Origin: Verrucomicrobiia bacterium
GTDB lineage: Bacteria > Verrucomicrobiota > Verrucomicrobiia > Limisphaerales > UBA1319
Direction of reading: 5' to 3'
Length of the DNA stretch: 64,000 bases
NCBI GenBank assembly: GCA_963664225.1
Contig: OY760937.1
Coordinates: 896,001-960,000 of the forward strand
Numbering within the stretch: the first letter of the stretch is position 1; every line of letters begins with the position of its first letter. Below are positions 58,309 to 64,000 of this stretch, one piece after another. The position numbers were made by a program, and so were the translations under genes. Under the pieces are notes generated by a model, which was given only the letters and a program-made list of their open reading frames with translations, did not search any database and was not told where the DNA came from.

Positions 58309-61300
58309 ATGAAACGTATTCTTCTCTTCATCAGCTTTGGATTGCTTGCCTTCGCGACTTGTGCCGCCGATCCGTTGGTTGAGGGTTTCACCAACCCGCC
58401 CGCGCAGACCAAACCGTGGTGTTATTGGTATTGGATCAGCGACAATATTTCGAAGGAGGGAATCACCAGGGACCTCGAAGCGATGTCACGTTTCGGCATC
58501 GGCGAGGCGCTGGTCGGCAACATCTTCCTCGACGATGTGCCCGCCGGGAAAATCAAGGTGTTCACGCCCGAGTGGTGGGGTTTGATCGAGCACGCCATGC
58601 GGGAGGGCGGGCGCACCGGAGTCAATATCGGCCTGTTTAATTGTCCCGGATGGAGCCAGTCCGGCGGGCCCTGGATCAAGCCGGAACAAACCATGCGTTA
58701 TCTCACCTCGTCTGAAACGCGAGTCAGCGGTCCCATGAAGTTCTCGCAAAAGCTGCCTTCGCCAAACACGCAGTTCCAGGATGTGGCACTGCTCGCTTTT
58801 CCCGCGCCTCAGGGCGACACAGACACGCTCGCCGTCAAAAAACCGCGTGTGACCTGCGTGCCGTCAATCGCCGATGCGGGCAGGATCGTGGATGGCAAAG
58901 CGTCCACGTCCGTCGAGTTTCCGGATGGGGCAGGGCGGGGGAAGAATCCTTTGAGCGTCGAGTTTGAAGTGAACGACGCATTCACCGCGCGATCTGTCGA
59001 GATTATCCCCGCTGAAGAGGCCTTCAGCGCGGATTGCGAATTGCAGGCCACGGGCGCGGACGATGTTTATAAGACTATTCGCAAGTTCAAGTGCGATCGT
59101 TCGAACATGGTCACCGGCGTCGGTTTCATGCCACGCGGTCCTGTGGCGATTTCCTTTCCTGCAACCACGGCAAAAAAGTTCCGACTGGTCTTCGCAAACG
59201 TGAACGGGGCGGGCAAACCACGACTGGCGGAGATCGATCTTTCCGGCGCGTCGCGGCTGGAATTGTTTGTTGAGAAACAGCTCGGCAAGATGCACCCCAC
59301 GCCGCTGCCGATGTGGGATACCTATCTTTGGCCAACCCAGTCAGAGCCGGACGCGGCGGGGATGGTCGTGCCGCAAAAAGCGGTTCGCGACCTGACAAAG
59401 AATCTTTCATCGGATGGGATGCTGGTCTGGGACGTTCCACCAGGAGAATGGATCATCCTGCGCACCGGCATGACCCCGACAGGAATGAAGAACTCTCCCG
59501 CCTCGCCCGAGGGCCAGGGTTTCGAAGTGGACAAAATGAACCGGTCGCTCGCGAAATATCATTTTGATTCCTTCATCGGCGAGGTGCTCAAACGAGTTCC
59601 CGCTTCCGGGCGCAAATCCTTCACAAGAGTCGTTGCGGACAGCTACGAGATGGGATCGCAGAATTGGACCGACGGGTTTGACGCCCAATTTCAAAAGCGC
59701 TACGGCTATGATCCCAAACCCTGGCTGCCTGTGCTCACAGGACGTTTGGTGGGCAGCGCGGACCAGAGCGAGCGGTTCCTGTGGGACCTGCGCCGCATAG
59801 TGGCGGATCGTGTGGCCACGGACTATGTGGGTGGTTTGCGCGATGCCTCCAAATCCCACGGGCTGGGCCTGTGGCTGGAGAATTACGGTCATTGGGGTTT
59901 TCCCGGCGAATTCCTGAAATACGGTGGAGCTTCCGACCGGATCGGTGGCGAGTATTGGGTGACGGGTGATTTGGGGTCCATCGAATGCCGCGCCGCTTCG
60001 TCCTGCGCAAACACCTACGGCAAGCCATTTGTATCTGCCGAATCGTTCACTGGCGGACCTCCCTTCCAGAGTTCTCCCTCATCCCTGAAAGCGCGCGGGG
60101 ATTGGGCCTTCTGCGAGGGCATCAATCATTTCGTGCTGCATGTCTATATCGAGCAGCCGTGGGAGGACAAGGTGCCAGGAGTGAATGCCGGCTTCGGCAC
60201 GGAGTTCAACCGCCACAACACCTGGTTTGAGCAGGGCAAAACCTGGGTGGATTACCTGCGCCGTTCCTGCTGGCTCTTGCAGCAGGGCACGCGCGTGGCG
60301 GACGTCGCCTACTTTATCGGCGAGGATGCCCCAAAAATGACGGGCGTTCGCAAACCGCAACTGCCGCAGGGCCGGGACTTCGATTATATCAACAGCGAAG
60401 TGATTGAAAAGTCTCTCGCCGTGAAGAATGGGGTTCTGACTTTGCCGCATGGCACAACGTATCGCGTGCTGGTGCTGCCCGAGTTGGATACAATGCGCCC
60501 GGAAGTCCTTCTCAAGATTCGCGCACTCGTGAAAGCGGGCGCCACAATCATGGGCACGCCACCGTCCCGTTCTCCAAGCATGGAGAATTTTCCCAAGTGC
60601 GATCAGGAAGTCGTCAGGATGGCCAGGGATGTCTGGGGAACTGAAAATACGAAGCAGCCGGGCGAACGCAAATTTGGAAAAGGACGCGTTGTCTGGGGCA
60701 AGTCCCTGGAAGAGGTGCTCGCCTCGCTCAAATCGCCTGCGGATTTCGAGAGTTCCACAAAGCTGCGTTTCACCCACAGACGCACTGGAGACACCGACAT
60801 CTATTTTGTGGCGAATCCGAAGGCGGACACCCTCGTTACCACAGCGGCTTTCCGTGCGGGCGATCGTGCCCCGGAACTGTGGTCGCCGGATTCTGGAAAG
60901 ATTGAGAGTCCCGCGGTTTACGATTTGGCGGACGGGATTGTGCGCGTGCCGTTGTCGTTCGGACCCAATGGCTCGGTGTTTGTGATCTTCCGAAAGAAGG
61001 CCGCACCCGATGTGGAACGCATTGTGTCTGTCGCACGAAATGGCCAGGAGGTATTGGGCACCCGGTCGGTTCGCCCTGCATCTGTGACGGTTGGGGACAG
61101 CCCGAATAACTTTTCGTTCGCCGCGTGGATCAGGCCGGGCGATGACACGACACTGGTTACTGAGACCAACCGTGGCGTGGTTGGAATGGCTGAGAAACGA
61201 AATGACGCGCTGGCTGCCGCGCATGGAGAGGTCTTCGGCGGCGATAACCATGCGGGCTGCGGTTTGGCCGTTGGGCGAAATGGTGTTTGCGTCTTTGAAC

Positions 61301-62214
61301 ATGGAGCGAATTATTTTGCCCCGACGCTGGTTCATGCCGCATCCCTTCCCGATTGGACCCATGTGGCCGTGGTTTACAAGGATGGCCAGCCCCATTTGTA
61401 TCTGAACGGTGTTCTGGCACGAAAAGGTTTGAAGAGTGAGTACATCGTCCACAACGGGGCAGGGGCGGGCGGTCTCGCGCAGTTCCGCGGCCAACTCGGC
61501 GGTTTTGAACCATTCGCCCGCGTGTTGAGCGACACCGAGGTGGCCGGACTGGTTCGAAACATGCCGCGCCTGGCTGAGGCTGCAGGGGGAGTGCCGATTC
61601 AACTCACAAAACGCGACAACCACCTGGAAGCCCTGGCGATGATGCCAGGCGCTTATGAAGTGACGTTCGCCAATGGCAAACGCCAGTCGTTAAGCATGAG
61701 CCAGACACCAGCCACTCATGCGCTGACGGGTTCATGGGAGGTTCGTTTTACGCCGGGTTGGGGTGCGCCGGAACAAACCACTTTCGAGCAACTCATCGAT
61801 TGGACGCAGCATTCCGATGCTGGCATAAAATATTTCTCCGGCAAGGCGACCTACCGGAAAACCTTCGATGTCCCGTCCTCACAAAATACGGGTCAAGGTC
61901 CGCGGATCTTTCTAGATCTGGGCGAAGTGCGCGATCTCGCAACGGTGCGATTGAATGGCAGGGAAATCGCCACCCTCTGGCTCGCGCCATGGAGAATGGA
62001 TGTCACCAGTGCGGTGAAGCAGGGACCAAACGTGCTGGAGGTGGATGTGGTCAATGTCTGGAACAACCGGCTGGTGGGAGATATGGCCTTGCCGGTGGAG
62101 CAGCGCCGCACCTTTCTGCTATCGCCCACAGTCGGCAAGAACGCCCCGCTCATGTCCGCTGGTTTGATCGGTCCGGTTGTCTTGCAGAGGGCGGTCGAAT
62201 GCGACCTTGAATAG
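58309..62214 (+). CDS. GH106 alpha-L-rhamnosidase with inserted LamG-like domain
   Basis: F.NPP...KPWCYWYW...NISKEGITRDLEAM, GWSQSGGPWI, DSYEMGSQNWT, SAESFT, GINHFVLH, FIGEDAP, YFSGKATY, WNNRLVGD, SAGLIGPV. Confidence 0.92.
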   Translation: MKRILLFISFGLLAFATCAADPLVEGFTNPPAQTKPWCYWYWISDNISKEGITRDLEAMSRFGIGEALVGNIFLDDVPAGKIKVFTPEWWGLIEHAMREGGRTGVNIGLFNCPGWSQSGGPWIKPEQTMRYLTSSETRVSGPMKFSQKLPSPNTQFQDVALLAFPAPQGDTDTLAVKKPRVTCVPSIADAGRIVDGKASTSVEFPDGAGRGKNPLSVEFEVNDAFTARSVEIIPAEEAFSADCELQATGADDVYKTIRKFKCDRSNMVTGVGFMPRGPVAISFPATTAKKFRLVFANVNGAGKPRLAEIDLSGASRLELFVEKQLGKMHPTPLPMWDTYLWPTQSEPDAAGMVVPQKAVRDLTKNLSSDGMLVWDVPPGEWIILRTGMTPTGMKNSPASPEGQGFEVDKMNRSLAKYHFDSFIGEVLKRVPASGRKSFTRVVADSYEMGSQNWTDGFDAQFQKRYGYDPKPWLPVLTGRLVGSADQSERFLWDLRRIVADRVATDYVGGLRDASKSHGLGLWLENYGHWGFPGEFLKYGGASDRIGGEYWVTGDLGSIECRAASSCANTYGKPFVSAESFTGGPPFQSSPSSLKARGDWAFCEGINHFVLHVYIEQPWEDKVPGVNAGFGTEFNRHNTWFEQGKTWVDYLRRSCWLLQQGTRVADVAYFIGEDAPKMTGVRKPQLPQGRDFDYINSEVIEKSLAVKNGVLTLPHGTTYRVLVLPELDTMRPEVLLKIRALVKAGATIMGTPPSRSPSMENFPKCDQEVVRMARDVWGTENTKQPGERKFGKGRVVWGKSLEEVLASLKSPADFESSTKLRFTHRRTGDTDIYFVANPKADTLVTTAAFRAGDRAPELWSPDSGKIESPAVYDLADGIVRVPLSFGPNGSVFVIFRKKAAPDVERIVSVARNGQEVLGTRSVRPASVTVGDSPNNFSFAAWIRPGDDTTLVTETNRGVVGMAEKRNDALAAAHGEVFGGDNHAGCGLAVGRNGVCVFEHGANYFAPTLVHAASLPDWTHVAVVYKDGQPHLYLNGVLARKGLKSEYIVHNGAGAGGLAQFRGQLGGFEPFARVLSDTEVAGLVRNMPRLAEAAGGVPIQLTKRDNHLEALAMMPGAYEVTFANGKRQSLSMSQTPATHALTGSWEVRFTPGWGAPEQTTFEQLIDWTQHSDAGIKYFSGKATYRKTFDVPSSQNTGQGPRIFLDLGEVRDLATVRLNGREIATLWLAPWRMDVTSAVKQGPNVLEVDVVNVWNNRLVGDMALPVEQRRTFLLSPTVGKNAPLMSAGLIGPVVLQRAVECDLE

Positions 62215-62293
62215 TTGTTTTGGTATTTTGGTGTGTTGATTCACGCATCCTGGAAAAGGGCATGATCAGCCATGAGCAGCATTGATTGCTGCT

Positions 62294-62704
62294 TCAGGGC
62301 TCGTGCGGATGCGACCGGCAAGAGGCGGCATGGCGTACATCTCCGGGGAAAAGCGTATTTCCAACGGAAGCCAGGATTGTCTCTGGAGCGCAGGGTTTTT
62401 CAAAGAAATCCGCAGCACCCAACTGCCGGGCGGTTTCGCGCAGGTCGTTATCCTTCCGTCCTGTTATGAAGATAATGGGGATGTCGCCCAGGCCCAGTTC
62501 GCGCAACCGCTGGGCCAGGGAAAATCCGATCCCCACAGGCATCCAGACCTCGCAAACGATCAAATCCGGACTCTGGTCCAGGATGACTTGCAGTCCGGTG
62601 AGGCCGTCGGAAGCGATCAGGACATCGTAGCCATTTGCCATGAGGCAATCCGCCAGATCCATGGCCGTGCGCCTGTCACTTTCCAATATGAGTATTTTTT
62701 TCAC
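62294..62704 (-). CDS. Single-domain response regulator receiver, atypical (Asp to Glu)
   Basis: KKILILESD...GYDV..ASDG..GL...SPDLIVCEVWMP..GF...IPIIFITG...GAADFFEKP. Start uncertain (GTG 62704 or ATG 62764). Confidence 0.85.
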   Translation of the reverse strand: MKKILILESDRRTAMDLADCLMANGYDVLIASDGLTGLQVILDQSPDLIVCEVWMPVGIGFSLAQRLRELGLGDIPIIFITGRKDNDLRETARQLGAADFFEKPCAPETILASVGNTLFPGDVRHAASCRSHPHEP

Positions 62705-63287
62705 TCTCAGGGAATAAACCGTCACCGGGATAGTATTTCTGGGAACAAACAGGGCAAATCCCATGCGTGAAATGCAGGTCGGCGCGCTCCTGCAAATAAG
62801 TTTCCAGATGAGTCCAGTAACCTTTGTCGTCCCGGATGTTTTTGCAGTGTGCGCATATCGGGACCAATTCGTGAAACTTCTTCAGTTCCGCCCATTGAGC
62901 CTTGTATAAAGTCTCCTGGCCTTCAACGCGTTCGGTGACATCCATGCCACTGCCGATGTAGCCGGCGAACTCTCCGGCCTGATTGTTGAAGGGAACGACC
63001 CTGTAAATTATCCAGCGGTAAACTCCATCATGGCGGCGTATGCGATATTCCATCTGGCACGGTTCACGCCGGGCAAAGGCGAGGTGGTAGATGGCCAGAC
63101 AGCGCTTCAAGTCATCGGCATGCATGCTTTCCGCCCAGGCATCGACGTGTTCCAGTCCGGCGGTTGGACCCACAAAATCGAGCCAGCGGCGATTGAGATA
63201 ATCGCACTTTCCCGTGGCATCCGAGCGCCAGATCATTAATGGCGACTCTTCGACCATACGGCGATACTCTTCCATTGAAGGGCGCAT
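62676..63287 (-). CDS. PAS-domain protein with C-terminal Cys/His-rich (ICxxCK...HGICxxC) domain
   Basis: YRRMVEESPLMIW...YLNRRWLDFVG...MHADD...EYRIRRHDGVYRW...GYIGSGMDVTER; tail PICAHCKNIRDDKGYW...FTHGICPVC. Confidence 0.85.
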   Translation of the reverse strand: MRPSMEEYRRMVEESPLMIWRSDATGKCDYLNRRWLDFVGPTAGLEHVDAWAESMHADDLKRCLAIYHLAFARREPCQMEYRIRRHDGVYRWIIYRVVPFNNQAGEFAGYIGSGMDVTERVEGQETLYKAQWAELKKFHELVPICAHCKNIRDDKGYWTHLETYLQERADLHFTHGICPVCSQKYYPGDGLFPESEKNTHIGK

Positions 63288-63302
63288 GGCGGAATTGTTC
63301 AA

Positions 63303-64000
63303 TCAGACTCCAGCCAGCTCAGGCGGGGTGTCTGGCATAGACCTTGTGGCTACCGGTTGAGCCACGTCCGTATCCAATCCTGCAATCACTGAGGCTTTCC
63401 CGGTCGATTTTAAAGGGATCCCTTTTGGAGAGTAAGGGAGGTATTCCGGCACCAATTGATGGATCCGTTCTCTGACTTCCGCCACGGACAGGGAATACAA
63501 ATCATCCCCCAATCGTTCGAACTCCGCCTGGATAAGATCGAGCGATTCCGGTTTGTGAATGAAGCTCATGATCCGGGGATGGCGGGTCGGGCGGAAATTC
63601 TCACCCTTGCAGTGGAGTTCCTCGAAGAGTTTTTCACCCGGCCTGAGCCCCACGAATTTGATCTCGATATCCACGCCCGGTTTCAATCCGGAGAGTTGAA
63701 TCATCTGCCGGGCCAGGTCGGCGATTTTGACCGGTTTGCCCATATCGAGGACATAAATTTCACCACCCTGACCTTGGGAGCAACTTTGGAGCACCAGGCC
63801 AACGGCTTCGGGGATGGTCATGAAGTAACGAACCATTTCCGGGTCGGTGACGGTTACGGGCCCACCCTCCGCAATTTGTTTGGTGAAGGTCGGGACCACG
63901 CTGCCTGAGGATCCCAGAACATTGCCGAATCGAACGCAGATGAACTTGGTGGCTCCGGAATTCCTGGCGAACAGGGCCTGGAGATAGATTTCCGCCAGGC
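63303..64000 (-). CDS. CapD/PglF-like nucleoside-diphosphate sugar epimerase/dehydratase, C-terminal part (start outside the window)
   Basis: VRFGNVLGSSGSVVP.F..QI..GGPVTVTDPEM.RYFMTIPEAV.LVLQ, LDMGKPVKI, GLRPGEKLFEEL. Confidence 0.93.
   Translation of the reverse strand, partial: LAEIYLQALFARNSGATKFICVRFGNVLGSSGSVVPTFTKQIAEGGPVTVTDPEMVRYFMTIPEAVGLVLQSCSQGQGGEIYVLDMGKPVKIADLARQMIQLSGLKPGVDIEIKFVGLRPGEKLFEELHCKGENFRPTRHPRIMSFIHKPESLDLIQAEFERLGDDLYSLSVAEVRERIHQLVPEYLPYSPKGIPLKSTGKASVIAGLDTDVAQPVATRSMPDTPPELAGV

Overview
About 58% GC bacterial chromosome segment. Gene content and protein style suggest Verrucomicrobiota (Pedosphaerales/Limisphaerales-like); this is inference. The left half (1-29 kb) holds a truncated GH127/146 gene, a large LVIVD-repeat surface protein flanked by repeat-rich spacers (including a 24-copy AAGAGCC array), a TetR + HlyD/ABC efflux operon, gatCA, a PilV/W/X-like minor-pilin cassette ending in a His-less Hpt protein, a GmhA-like gene, uvrC, a Ski2-like helicase, a peroxiredoxin, a second large surface protein and nikR. 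The right half (29-62 kb) is a CAZyme island: DUF4832, GH2-like, CBM, GH95, GH141-like, beta-propellers, a complete SSS-GH5-epimerase-GH130 mannan module, aqpZ, ThuA, GH5-ThuA, GH78 and GH106. The window ends with a PAS/pseudo-receiver pair and a CapD-like dehydratase. The most striking signal is an intact group II intron (54483-56457) inserted exactly at the tip of a 164-bp fold-back MITE-like element (17-bp perfect TIRs, TAA direct repeats). The intron's EBS1/EBS2 sequences are complementary to that TIR, so it appears adapted to home into the element's ends. Other notable patterns: a shared C-terminal 'STNL..W...F(Y/F)R' domain and strong Thr-Asn enrichment in exported proteins, repeated leaderless-type promoters, and degenerate phosphorelay domains. 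No rRNA, tRNA or CRISPR array was seen.
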